From Myxococcota bacterium (GTDB taxonomy: Bacteria; Myxococcota_A; SURF-8): 64,000 bases of DNA. A program made the position numbers and the translations under genes. The stretch covers positions 1,952,001 through 2,016,000 of the forward strand of contig CAXXQS010000002.1 of NCBI GenBank assembly GCA_963674735.2, read 5' to 3'. The notes under the pieces are model-generated. The model saw only the letters and a list, made by a program, of their open reading frames with translations, was not told the origin of the DNA and did not search any database. Shown one piece after another: positions 49,442-60,888 of this stretch. How positions within the stretch are numbered: position 1 is the first letter of the stretch; each line of letters opens with the position of its first letter.

Positions 49442-50623
49442 ATGGGGAATCCACGTCATCCGATCCGTCTGCGCTCGACCGAGACGTTCGCCATCGTCTT
49501 TTTATTCGTCCTCATCTTTTTCGGCTTCAGCCTTCCCGCCGTCGCTCAGGAGCCGGTACGCTACGACCGCCTGACCATCTGCATTTCGCGCGATCAGCCG
49601 AGCTTGACGGTGAAAGGTGTTTCCCTGCATTTTTTCGACGATGATCTGGGGGAACTGAAATATCAGGTTGAAGGAGTGCATGAACACAGTGTCAGCACGT
49701 CCGATGAGAACGGATTTCTGGTGGATGGAAAGCCGATTTCCGCCCAGCAACTGCGCATTCGCGCCACCCAGAACTGGATCGACGTCAAGGGCCGCGTGTT
49801 CCGCGAGGACATGCTGATTGTACGTGAACCCGAAAACCCGCGGAAGCTGGCGCTGGTGAACGAAGTCAACCTGGAGGGGTATCTGTACGGTCTGATCAAC
49901 AAGGAAAGCATCCCGAGTTGGCCGCTTGAAGCCAAGAAGGCTCAGGCGGTGGCCGCGCGTTCGTATGCCGTCTACAAGAAAATCAACCATCCCCAGGAAG
50001 TCTGCGATCTGGCCTCTACCGCCATCGATCAGATGTATGGCGGCTATAGCGCCGAGGATGACGAGGCCCGCAAGGCGGTGGACGACACGCGAGGCGAGGT
50101 GATGGTGTACAACAATCGGCTGGTGAAGGCCTTTTATCACTCCACTTGCGGGGGGCAAACGGCGAGTTCGGAAGAAGTGTGGAACGAGCCCTATCCCTAT
50201 TCGGCTCCGCAGATGTGTTTGTATTGCAAGGATTCTCCTTCCTACAGTTGGACTTTCGGCCTTTCTCGCCAAGCGTTGGCCAAGGCCTTGGACGTTCCCA
50301 AGGCGTACTGGAAAAGTTTCTTAATCGACATTCCCGTTCGCGATACATCACGGCGGGTGAAGACGGTTCGTTTGCGTTACGGCAAGAAGACGGTCACCAT
50401 GAGTGGGGATGATTTCCGCGCCAAGCTCGGCTACAACAAGTTGAAAAGCACTCAGTTCACTTTCCGCATCGCCGCCGGTAAAGCGACCTTTAGCGGTCGC
50501 GGTTTGGGCCATGGCGTCGGCATGTGTCAGTGGGGCGCGGCGGGTATGGCCAAACAGGGGTCGAATTACGAGCAGATTCTCTCTCACTACTATGTTGGAA
50601 CTCAGATCCGGCGGCTTTACTGA
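49442..50623 (+). CDS. SpoIID/LytB domain protein (lytic transglycosylase-like)
   Basis: VNEVNLEGYL...E, EAKKAQAVAARSY, YHSTCGG, GLGHGVGMCQWGA. Confidence 0.93.
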   Translation: MGNPRHPIRLRSTETFAIVFLFVLIFFGFSLPAVAQEPVRYDRLTICISRDQPSLTVKGVSLHFFDDDLGELKYQVEGVHEHSVSTSDENGFLVDGKPISAQQLRIRATQNWIDVKGRVFREDMLIVREPENPRKLALVNEVNLEGYLYGLINKESIPSWPLEAKKAQAVAARSYAVYKKINHPQEVCDLASTAIDQMYGGYSAEDDEARKAVDDTRGEVMVYNNRLVKAFYHSTCGGQTASSEEVWNEPYPYSAPQMCLYCKDSPSYSWTFGLSRQALAKALDVPKAYWKSFLIDIPVRDTSRRVKTVRLRYGKKTVTMSGDDFRAKLGYNKLKSTQFTFRIAAGKATFSGRGLGHGVGMCQWGAAGMAKQGSNYEQILSHYYVGTQIRRLY

Positions 50624-50749
50624 GGCAAGCTGTACTGAGCCAGGTTTCAAACCCTCGCTTTCCCTTCTCAATCCCTTTTTCTCGTGCTAGGCTATAACGC
50701 GACCCGGTCGACCCGGGCCGTTTCGCTGATATCAACCTAAAGGAGCGTT

Positions 50750-53386
50750 ATGATGCGGACGTCTGTTCCCGTTATCGCAATCGTATTGTCGGTTCTGGTC
50801 GGTTGGAATTTGTTGGCTGTGCCAACAGCGCAGGCGGGACAAACCGTCGCCGCCAAATTGGACCCGTCCGTGTTGACACGTTTCGATGCAGAGGGAAAAG
50901 TCCGGGTGGTGGTTCGTTTCGCCGATGCCGTGCGGTCGTCGGTCACGCCCGCCGGTCCTTTCCAGGAACGCCGGGGAGTGGCGAAAACCGCCGCTCAACG
51001 AGCCGAACTCGCGGCGCTCCAAGCGCGTTTGGTTGCCGATTTGTCGACCCGCGGCCCCCTGGCCGTCCATCATCGTTTCACCCGTTACCCCATGCTGGCG
51101 CTCACGATCGATCGAACGCAACTGGGCGTATTGATGGACGATCCCAAGGTGCTACGCATCCTTCCCGATCATCTGCTGGTGCCGCATCTGGCCAGCTCGC
51201 TGCCCTTTTTGGGAGCGGCTGAAATGCACGATCAGGGTATTCGCGGGGCGGGAACGGCGGTCGCCATTCTCGATACGCCGGTTCATTATTGGAAATCCGA
51301 TTTCGGAAGCTGTTCGGAACCGGGGGTGGAGGGTTGTGCGGTCAAGGTTTGGATGAATTTCGCCGGGCAAGACATCGACGAGGTGGCCGACCGGACCACC
51401 CATGGCACCAACGTGGCGGGGATTTCGCTGGGTGTCGCTCCCGAAACCGATATTTTAGCGCTCAATGTCTTCGAATATATTGAGGGAATGGGCTTTCGCG
51501 CCTATAGCTCTACCACCGCCGCCGCGCTTGAATGGGTGGCCGAAAACGCCACAACCTACAACATCGTGGCGGCCAATATGTCGCTTGGTTCCGATCGCGA
51601 AGACCCCGCTCCCTGCAATGGCGACTCGGTCTATCTCGACCCGATTTTGGATCTATGGCACGAGCACGGCGTTTTAGTGAGTATCTCGTCGGGTAACGAG
51701 AATCGGGATAACTCGGTGGGAAGTCCGGCCTGCATTTCCATGGGCGTCGCTACCGGCGCGCAGTTCGATGAGGACGTCTCGATGATCATGGGGATGGGCT
51801 GTTCGCAGCCCTATCCCGTCTACGGCGAAGTCACCTGTTTTTCCAACATGAATGGCATGCTTGATTTCATTGCTCCCGGCATCTGGGTGGATGCGGGAGG
51901 ACTCGACAACTTCGGCGGAACTTCCATGGCTGCGCCGCATGTGGCGGGAGCGGTGGCGCTGTTTCAGTCGGGTTGGCTGGCGGGCGAAGGGGCGTTTCGC
52001 AGTGCTCCCTGGGCGTTGGCTTCCATGCAAATGACCGCGACACCCAATTATTACGAGGGCTGGTCGTTTATGGAATTGAATTTACGGCAGAGTGGGCAAC
52101 CCGATTGGGATCGCGGCTGGCATTTCAGCGCCTACGATGGCGAAGATGAAGCGGCGGAGATTCCCCTGGGGGATGATTCCCTCACCTTGGATGCGACGAT
52201 CGAAGGGCTCGGCGGAACGGCCAACGGTGTCTATCTGAAACTGGAAGTCATTCACAACAACCCCCAGAATGTGACTGCCACCCTGACCGCTCCTTCGGGT
52301 GCGCAAGCGTCCGTGACTTTGCCGAACGGTTTCTCGAATTTCAATGGCGTGATCGGTCGGCACTGGTTTCCGGGGGCCTTCGCGGCTTTGGCCGACAGTC
52401 CGGTCGATGGCCAGTGGCAGCTCGAACTCTCCGATGGTCGCAACGCCGCCACGGCGGGTGAAGAAATCGGCTACTACCTCAATGCCACCCTGTTTTTCAC
52501 CACGGATGACTGCGTGCCGTCATGTGAGGGGCGCGATTGCGGCGATGACCGCTGCGGTGGCCTATGCGGCGAATGCGCGGATGGCCGTCACTGTAACTTC
52601 CGCACGGGCGCCTGCGTGTTGGAAGGCGAATACTGCCCGGGTGACAGTTGCGCGGGGGCGGTGGAACTGCCGGTCCCGGCCTCGGACACCTTTACCGGCG
52701 ACACCAGTCTCTGTGCTTACGACGATGCGGGAGACTGCGGTGGCGATTACACCCCGGAGCAGGTTTTCACCTTTACCTTCGAGCGTCCGGGCTACATCGC
52801 CGCCACCAGCACCGGTTACGACACCCTGTTGTATCTGCGCCGCGATACTTGCGACGGCGAGGAGGTGGCCTGCAACAACAACCACGACGACGTGGCCGAT
52901 CGGGGTTCGCGCATCGAAACCGAGTTGGAAACGGGAACCTACTATCTTTTCGTAGACGGCGGCATTCAGTCCGGGCCGTTCGACCTGCAATTCGAGGCTT
53001 GCATGCCTGATTGCGACGGTCGCGACTGCGGTGATGACGGTTGTGGCGGTAATTGCGGCGACTGCGGCGATGACGGAACCTGCGGCGATGACGGGCAATG
53101 TTGCGTGCCGGATTGCGAAGATCGTGATTGCGGCGACGACGGCTGCGGCGGCCTATGCGGCGAATGCGCCGATGGCGTCGATTGCGTGGAAGGTCTTTGC
53201 GCTGAAGAAGACCCGGATGGGGATAGCGATTCGGCCGATGCTAACGAGGATGGAGACGCCGAAGCATCCCTATCGGACGGTGATGACACCACCGATGATG
53301 GCGGCTGCCGTCATGCCGGATCGTCTGCCTGGTGGGGTTGCTTGTTCCTGCTTCCCTTGCTGATCATCCGGCGACGCCTGGTCTAG
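50750..53386 (+). CDS. secreted S8 subtilase with P-domain, Cys-rich repeats and MYXO-CTERM-like tail
   Basis: VAILDT, HGTNVAG and GTSMAAPHVAG catalytic triad; CGDDGCGG repeats; GGC...hydrophobic...RRR C-terminus. Confidence 0.9.
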   Translation: MMRTSVPVIAIVLSVLVGWNLLAVPTAQAGQTVAAKLDPSVLTRFDAEGKVRVVVRFADAVRSSVTPAGPFQERRGVAKTAAQRAELAALQARLVADLSTRGPLAVHHRFTRYPMLALTIDRTQLGVLMDDPKVLRILPDHLLVPHLASSLPFLGAAEMHDQGIRGAGTAVAILDTPVHYWKSDFGSCSEPGVEGCAVKVWMNFAGQDIDEVADRTTHGTNVAGISLGVAPETDILALNVFEYIEGMGFRAYSSTTAAALEWVAENATTYNIVAANMSLGSDREDPAPCNGDSVYLDPILDLWHEHGVLVSISSGNENRDNSVGSPACISMGVATGAQFDEDVSMIMGMGCSQPYPVYGEVTCFSNMNGMLDFIAPGIWVDAGGLDNFGGTSMAAPHVAGAVALFQSGWLAGEGAFRSAPWALASMQMTATPNYYEGWSFMELNLRQSGQPDWDRGWHFSAYDGEDEAAEIPLGDDSLTLDATIEGLGGTANGVYLKLEVIHNNPQNVTATLTAPSGAQASVTLPNGFSNFNGVIGRHWFPGAFAALADSPVDGQWQLELSDGRNAATAGEEIGYYLNATLFFTTDDCVPSCEGRDCGDDRCGGLCGECADGRHCNFRTGACVLEGEYCPGDSCAGAVELPVPASDTFTGDTSLCAYDDAGDCGGDYTPEQVFTFTFERPGYIAATSTGYDTLLYLRRDTCDGEEVACNNNHDDVADRGSRIETELETGTYYLFVDGGIQSGPFDLQFEACMPDCDGRDCGDDGCGGNCGDCGDDGTCGDDGQCCVPDCEDRDCGDDGCGGLCGECADGVDCVEGLCAEEDPDGDSDSADANEDGDAEASLSDGDDTTDDGGCRHAGSSAWWGCLFLLPLLIIRRRLV

Positions 53387-53388
53387 CG

Positions 53389-53416
53389 AAAACGCCCCGT
53401 CCATCGACGGGGCGTT
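53389..53416. terminator. rho-independent terminator between the S8 peptidase and ilvE
   Basis: AACGCCCCGTC-CATC-GACGGGGCGTT hairpin; T run on the minus strand. Confidence 0.75.
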
Positions 53417-53440
53417 GAAGGTGAGAATGGGTGGAATCGG

Positions 53441-54516
<1,076 letters not shown>

Positions 54517-54517
<1 letters not shown>

Positions 54518-55998
54518 CAGGCTCTCCTTTCCATGTTTTGAACCAGCGTTCCCAGTCGTTCCAAACCTTCCTCGATCTGCTCGGGCGGGTTGGAGGCGAA
54601 ATTCAAACGCATGCAGTTTTTACCATGACGGTCGGCAAAGAAAAAGGTTCCAGGCGAAAATAATATACCATTCTTTTTAGCCTGGACCTGTAAATCCATG
54701 ACATCCAAGTGGTCCGGCAGGACAACCCAGAGGTGTAATCCGCCTTTCGGTTCGGTAAAACGTACCGAGGCGGGGAAATGCGTCGCGAGGGTCCGTACCA
54801 TGGCGTCTTTGCGTTTTCGGTAGGCGCGTCGCACGCGTCGCAGGTGTCGGGCATAGCTGCCCGAACGCAAAAAGTCATCCGCCAGCAGTTGCGATAAGGA
54901 GGGCGAGCTGACGTCGTGAATTTCTTTCATGCGCCTCAACCGCACCGCCAGATCCTGGCGCGCCACTAAAAAACCGACCCGCAACCCCGGGGAAATCGAC
55001 TTCGAAAACGAGCCGATGTAAATCACGTGGCCGGAATCGGGCATGGCTTTGATCGGTGGGATGATTTTACCGGTGAAACGCAAATCGCCATAGGTGTCGT
55101 CTTCCAGTACTGTTACGCCGTAGCGGCGCGTCAGGTCGAGAATGCGCCGCCGGCGGATTTCCGTGAGGGTGATGCCGGTCGGGTTCTGGAAATTCGGCAC
55201 GGTGTATAGCAGGCGGAAGCGCGAACGGCGGAGCTTGGTTTCCAAACGGTCGAGATCGAGACCCCGGCTATCGAGCGGAACCGTTTCCATCTGGATACCC
55301 AGCATACGACAGGCCGAAATAACCCCCATGTAAGCGGGGCTTTCCACCAAAACCGATTCGCCGGGCCGTACCAGAACCTGCAAGGCCAAGGTGATGGCTT
55401 GTTGTGCCCCGCTGGTTACGAGGAGTTGGTCGTGTCGTTGCAACACCAGGCCGCGTCCTTCAAGCCAGTCTGTCAGGGAACCGACCAATGGGTCGTAGCC
55501 GCGTGTCCGCGAATAGCCCAGCGCGCCCCCACCTTTTTCTCCCAGAATGGCTGCCAGACGTCGCCGGATTTGAGCGACCGGGATAAAATCTCGCGGGGGG
55601 AAGGCCGCCGCAAAAGAAATGTAGTCGGATGAGGCCGCCGTGTCGACCGTTTCCATAATGCTGTCGGCCACTTCTTCGGGCGCCGGGCCGAATGGAGAGC
55701 CTTCGAAGAAGCGTTGCTCTTCGGCCGGACCGAAATCCATCGCTTTGTCGGCTTGGGGGAGTGGATCGGCCACAAACATGCCTTTACCACGAACGGTGAT
55801 CAGCCAGCCGCTTTGTTTGAGAGAGTCGATGGCTTTAAGCAGAGTCAGTTTGTTGACTCCGGCTTCCTGCGCCATTTGTCGCAACGAGGGTAGAGCCGTG
55901 CCAGGTTCGAATTCGCCGTTGAGGATCGATTCGCGGATCGCTCTGCGCATCTGAAGGTGAAGAGGGGTGGACAGGTTTCGGTCGACAACCAGTAGCAT
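54517..55998 (-). CDS. MocR/GabR-family regulator (GntR HTH plus PLP aminotransferase domain)
   Basis: LPSLRQMA...RGKGMFV, TSGAQQ, PNFQNPTG, EDD, GSFSKSISPGLRVG; start at ATG 55998 after GGAGG. Confidence 0.92.
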
Positions 55999-56098
55999 CG
56001 GAACCTCCAAACGCGAGTTTAGCGGTATTTGAGGATCGATACCAGTGTTTTTTATAGGATTATCGCAATCCGGGATAAACCGGTTTGGATTGGGGAGG

Positions 56099-56878
56099 CT
56101 ATTTCTTCTGAACTTTTCCGGTCATGGGGACGAAGCGGACGGGAAAAATGGATCGTCGCTCGATTCCGCCGTTTTCACCTTTTCGAATAACCAGCAGTTC
56201 CTGTTGCCAATCTCCGACCGGGATGACCATCCGTCCCCCCGGCTTGAGCTGATCGAAAATGGGTTGTGGTATCTCAGTGGGGGCGGCTGTCACAATGATG
56301 GCGTCGAAAGGGGCCGCTTCCGGCCATCCGTGATAGCCGTCGCCGCAACGGACGTGTAGCCGACGATAGTTCATTTTTTCAAGCCGCTTTTTAGCTCGGT
56401 TGCATAAGGGTTGCGAAATTTCGATGCTGTAAACATCCTTGGCCAGCTCTGCCAGGATTGCCGCTTGATATCCGGAACCGGTACCTATTTCCAATACTTT
56501 TTCCGTGCCTTTCAGATTCAGAAGTTCACTCATTTTCGCCACGATATAGGGTTGGGAAATGGTTTGGCCGTAACCGATGCGAAGGGGTCGGTCTTCGTAG
56601 GCTTGCGATTGCGACTCGAATGGGACGAAGCAGTGGCGTTCCACTTTGCGCATGGCGGCCAACACGCGTGCATCGGTCACGTCGCGGGCGACGATTTGAG
56701 TTTCCACCATTCGCAGGCGAGCGGCCTCCATGGTGTCGTCCTTTCCGCTGGGGTTGGCGGGATCGGCCCATAACCGTCCCAACCAAAGAGGGAATAGAAT
56801 CAGAATCAACAATGCCCAAGTCGTGGTCCGTTCGGCGGATGGCAACCGAGATCGTGCTTTGTGTTCAGGTCCAGGCAT
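56099..56878 (-). CDS. pcm: protein-L-isoaspartate O-methyltransferase with N-terminal hydrophobic segment
   Basis: GQTISQPY, VLEIGTGSGYQAA, APFDAIIVTAA, VRFVPM. Confidence 0.95.
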   Translation of the reverse strand: MPGPEHKARSRLPSAERTTTWALLILILFPLWLGRLWADPANPSGKDDTMEAARLRMVETQIVARDVTDARVLAAMRKVERHCFVPFESQSQAYEDRPLRIGYGQTISQPYIVAKMSELLNLKGTEKVLEIGTGSGYQAAILAELAKDVYSIEISQPLCNRAKKRLEKMNYRRLHVRCGDGYHGWPEAAPFDAIIVTAAPTEIPQPIFDQLKPGGRMVIPVGDWQQELLVIRKGENGGIERRSIFPVRFVPMTGKVQKK

Positions 56879-57088
56879 GACAGCCTCTACCTTCGATGGT
56901 GTCTTGGTCTCCCTTTCATCATTACGGGCACGGCTTTGCTTGTCAAGGTGTCGCTTTGCCTAATATGGAAAGAGGGTGTGGCATCGTAATTTTATTTCAA
57001 TATCAAGAAGCACTTGCGAGCCTTGGAGGGTTTCACTATAATCGGACCCGCCTTGTGGAGACCAACTTAAGCTATCGAAGGAGCGATC

Positions 57089-58012
57089 ATGTTTTTTCCC
57101 AAAGCCGCGGCTGGCTTTTTTTGCCTGATCATCATTCTCAGCCTATCCACGTTCGTGCAAGCTCAGGACAAAGGGGCTGATGCGAAACCCGAGTTAAACA
57201 AGGGGTTTACTGTCGCACTTACGTCCGTTAAGGCTTCGGGGCGAGGTTTTGAAAAGCTGTCGGATTCCGTGAAAGCCTTTTTCACCCGTGATTCCCGATA
57301 TACCGTGGTGTCTGGTTTGGGAGAAGGTGTGACCCATACCTTGGCTATTGAGATTGTGCGTGCTAAAGGGAAACAACAGCTCAAGCTGAAAGGGGCGCTG
57401 GTCAATGGCGCTGAGGCCGAATATGTGGGTGAATTGTCCAAACGCCCGTCTTTAGCGGAAGTCGAGGCCGAATTATCGCGTGGACTGCGTGAGTTGTTCG
57501 ATTACCAACCCGCCCCTCGCAAGATCATGCTGCGTATTGTGGGGACGGCGGAAGAAGGCGACGCCGACGGCGGCAGTGTTGAAGACGCCATTTTTACTGC
57601 GATTTCCTCGGAGTTCGAACAGGTTTTGGCCGATCCGTACAAATTGCCGGTCAAAGATAAAGATGTCCCCGCCCTTTACAAAGGGGATAAGAAGAAACTC
57701 GCTATCCTCAAGAAGGACGCCGCTTGCGATTTGTTGGTGGTGGGAACGGTGCATATGCCGGCGACAAAGAATGTCGGGGGTGCACAGGATAACCGCTATC
57801 GCGGGAAAGCGGAAGTTCGCTTGCGGGTATGGGATCTTGCCCGGCACATGGTGCTCTCGGAAGTCAAGATGGATCTCAATGGCGAGGGCATTTTCTCCGA
57901 GCTTTTATATAGTCTGTTCGATGCCGCTTCGGTGCAATCAACCGAACAAATCAAAAAAGACTTGGGTTTTCCTGTCGTGGCAGCCGATGCGGGGGCACGT
58001 GACGAAGAGTAA
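57089..58012 (+). CDS. hypothetical exported protein
   Basis: signal peptide ending VQA, AGGAG RBS, 307 aa; no recognised motif. Confidence 0.7.
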   Translation: MFFPKAAAGFFCLIIILSLSTFVQAQDKGADAKPELNKGFTVALTSVKASGRGFEKLSDSVKAFFTRDSRYTVVSGLGEGVTHTLAIEIVRAKGKQQLKLKGALVNGAEAEYVGELSKRPSLAEVEAELSRGLRELFDYQPAPRKIMLRIVGTAEEGDADGGSVEDAIFTAISSEFEQVLADPYKLPVKDKDVPALYKGDKKKLAILKKDAACDLLVVGTVHMPATKNVGGAQDNRYRGKAEVRLRVWDLARHMVLSEVKMDLNGEGIFSELLYSLFDAASVQSTEQIKKDLGFPVVAADAGARDEE

Positions 58013-58114
58013 CACCGATAGGTTTGTGAGGCTGAAAACGACCGAGCGACTCTGGGTTTCGGTTGAGACTCCTGTGATTGATCACTTCGGTTTGTTTGGG
58101 AGTGGGAGGGATCG

Positions 58115-58975
58115 ATGCTGACCCAGTGTCCGCATTGCGAAAAGGCGATTGTGGTGCCCGAGCCGGGTATCCATTCCTGCCCCAAATGTAGAGCGCGTAT
58201 CTGGGTTTATCCGGCCGATAGCGACAAAGCCGATCGTGTATTGATCAGTCCGGAGGTGATGGAAGCGCAACAGCGCGACCAGCGCGGGCGTCCACGGGAT
58301 CCCGACTTGGCCGAAATGGTTCGAAGCGACCAGTTGACCGCTCCATGGGAGGAACGTCGCGTGCGGGGTGGGTGGTCCGCCTTTAAATCTACCTGGAAGG
58401 CCAGCACGTTTGCCCCCAGTATGTTTTTCAGCAAACTCAAGACCGATCCCCCCGCTCGCGGAGTGCTCAGTTATGGCTGGCTGATTTTAACAGTCGGCTA
58501 TCTTCTTTGGGGAATGTACCGTCTCTATTTTCTTCCGATGATTATAGAGGCTTCACGTGAATCCGCTCACGCAGTGGCGGAACTGCCGCCGCTTGAAGAT
58601 ATGCGGTTGATCACCATGGGTGTGATGCTGTTATCGCCCCTGACAGCCTTGGTCAGCCTCTATGTCAATGCCGGTCTTTTTCATTTGATTCTTCGTCTGA
58701 TCGGTGCGGCGAAAACCGAATTTTCGGGGACTTTCCGTGTGGTGGTTTACGCCACTTCTCCCATGTTATTCATGGCGTTCCCACTTTTCGGTGATTTTGC
58801 GGCGTTTGTCTGGAGTATGGTGGTGAGTGTGATCGGCCTCTCACGCATTCATGGCATTTCTTCGGCAAAAAGCATGTTGGTGGTTTTCTTTCCTCCACTG
58901 GCGTTCTATGTTCTGCTTCTTTTAGGCGCACGGGCCGTGGAAAGTCTTTCCATTGCCCCCTTCGTTTTACCGTAA
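58115..58975 (+). CDS. zinc-ribbon plus YIP1-family membrane protein
   Basis: CPHC...CPKC, PWEER, 5 TM helices, TFRVVVYA, GLSRIH. Confidence 0.8.
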   Translation: MLTQCPHCEKAIVVPEPGIHSCPKCRARIWVYPADSDKADRVLISPEVMEAQQRDQRGRPRDPDLAEMVRSDQLTAPWEERRVRGGWSAFKSTWKASTFAPSMFFSKLKTDPPARGVLSYGWLILTVGYLLWGMYRLYFLPMIIEASRESAHAVAELPPLEDMRLITMGVMLLSPLTALVSLYVNAGLFHLILRLIGAAKTEFSGTFRVVVYATSPMLFMAFPLFGDFAAFVWSMVVSVIGLSRIHGISSAKSMLVVFFPPLAFYVLLLLGARAVESLSIAPFVLP

Positions 58976-58992
58976 ATCGATTTGGTAGACGG

Positions 58993-60606
58993 TCAGTCGT
59001 CCATCATTTCACGTGCTGTGGCGGCGGCTTGTTCGTGCGGCCAACGCTCGATCAGGAAGTTGCGCCATTGGCGGGCTCGGTTGACTTTATTGAGTTGGGT
59101 CAGATAAACCGTCATCAATTCCAAAATAAGATTGGGCGTGTTGGGATGATCCAAGTGCGCGCGCACCGTGATCTCCAGAAGGATTACCGCTTTGGGAAGC
59201 GAACTGTTTTTGCGTAACAATTTCATGGCGATGCCATACAGAACGAGCGGATCGAAATCGCGGGCCAATGCATCGTTGGCCGTAATGGCATCGGTGGCTT
59301 CCTCCAAGCGGCGCTCGTGTATCAGGCGGCTTACATCGTCAAATGTCATGGTCATTTCGTTCGCGGTTGAGGTTTCGCCGGTTTGTTCGGCTTGATCTTG
59401 CCCCAGGTCTTTTAACAATTCCTTTGTGACCGGATGGGCCGGGTATTGATTCTTCAGGCGCTTGACCCATTTCTGGGTTTCCAGCGCTTCGACTCCGCGC
59501 GCGACGCTCAGCAGGCGGATCATGCGGCCCATGAAATCCGGCAAATGCCGATTGGTAGGATCGATATGGCGTAATTCTTCGACCAAACCGACGGACTGAG
59601 CCGGATCGCCTACGGTTATTCTGTCTTCAGCCAAACGTGCCAAGAGTACCGAGCCCAGGTCGAAATGACCGTAGGTCTTGCTCATCAATTCATAGAATTC
59701 GTAAGCAATAGGCTCGTTTTTCTGGTCGATCAGCATCTGAATTGCGTGACGGCTTTCGTAAGTCGCGCTGGTTTTGTCGTCTCGACCGATGTGGAGTTTC
59801 ACCAGTTCAAGGCGTAATCCGTAATCGTTGGGACGCTTCTGGATCAACCGCTTCAAAGCCTTGAGATCGAGATCCATTTCGGATGTGCCGAGTTCCGTTG
59901 GGGACAGGGATATTTCCGAGATCTTCTCTGTTTCGATCTCATATCGTGAAGTGACCATCTCCGAGGAGTTGTCTGAATTAAGCTGTATCTCCCTGGACTT
60001 CTTCGATGATTTCGTTTTATTCGGCGATACTTTGCGATCCGAGTTGGATTCCGATTTCGTCGTTCTCATGCCGATGGCCCACGACAAGAAACCCAAAAGC
60101 AGGCCTATGGCGGCACCGCCGAGGTGGAAAACGACATGCGTTGTGCTGTAGCCATCGACTTGGGCGAAGAAAAACTGGCTTAGTATCCACAAGAAGATAA
60201 GACCGAAACGCGTGGGCTGGTTATAGGCGATAACGAGGTAACAAAAGGCCAGAGAACTGATGGCGGCGGAAGGACCGACCAGAGGCGGGCTCATTTCGTC
60301 GGCGAATTGCAGCCATAAAAGAGCGCCACCCGCTGCACCCGCCACCAATACCATCAACGTGTACAGCGGCCCCAGACGTCGTTCGACGCCGTAGCCGAAC
60401 ACAGCCAGGAAGACCAATGAAACGATGGCTTGCAGGATGCTGGCATGCACCATGAAATGTCCGACCAAGCGCCAGCCTGTCAGGAAATCAAGCGATAAGG
60501 CCAGGTCGTCCAGATCCAGCTCTTGCCGGACCTGCATCACCAATAGAATGACTATTGCGAGAATGAAAAGCCAGGTAACAATCGTGGCTCGCCGGATGGT
60601 TTCCAA
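58993..60606 (-). CDS. rhomboid-family intramembrane protease with helical (TPR-like) C-terminal domain
   Basis: WRL...FMVH, FGYGVERRLG, VGPS (GxS), HLGG. Confidence 0.72.
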   Translation of the reverse strand: METIRRATIVTWLFILAIVILLVMQVRQELDLDDLALSLDFLTGWRLVGHFMVHASILQAIVSLVFLAVFGYGVERRLGPLYTLMVLVAGAAGGALLWLQFADEMSPPLVGPSAAISSLAFCYLVIAYNQPTRFGLIFLWILSQFFFAQVDGYSTTHVVFHLGGAAIGLLLGFLSWAIGMRTTKSESNSDRKVSPNKTKSSKKSREIQLNSDNSSEMVTSRYEIETEKISEISLSPTELGTSEMDLDLKALKRLIQKRPNDYGLRLELVKLHIGRDDKTSATYESRHAIQMLIDQKNEPIAYEFYELMSKTYGHFDLGSVLLARLAEDRITVGDPAQSVGLVEELRHIDPTNRHLPDFMGRMIRLLSVARGVEALETQKWVKRLKNQYPAHPVTKELLKDLGQDQAEQTGETSTANEMTMTFDDVSRLIHERRLEEATDAITANDALARDFDPLVLYGIAMKLLRKNSSLPKAVILLEITVRAHLDHPNTPNLILELMTVYLTQLNKVNRARQWRNFLIERWPHEQAAATAREMMDD

Positions 60607-60888
60607 GCGTATCCCCTATCTGTCTGATACTGCCTTTGATGATTTTCGTTCTTCACGAATGCTAAATTATTGATTGGTTTAACCAATTCTGTCAAGCGAC
60701 ATCTGGATTTTTACATGCATTCGGCTTTGGTAGATCATCTGCTTGGGAGGGATATTTTGCATTTTCACGCACCCTCACCATGCATCAATCTCTGCCTTTG
60801 CGAGAGAGTTTCTCGGTTTAGGCCAAGATGCAACGAGGATGGTCGTCGGGATGAAACCATTTTCGGCTCTGCTCTTGCAGTTAGGTGG

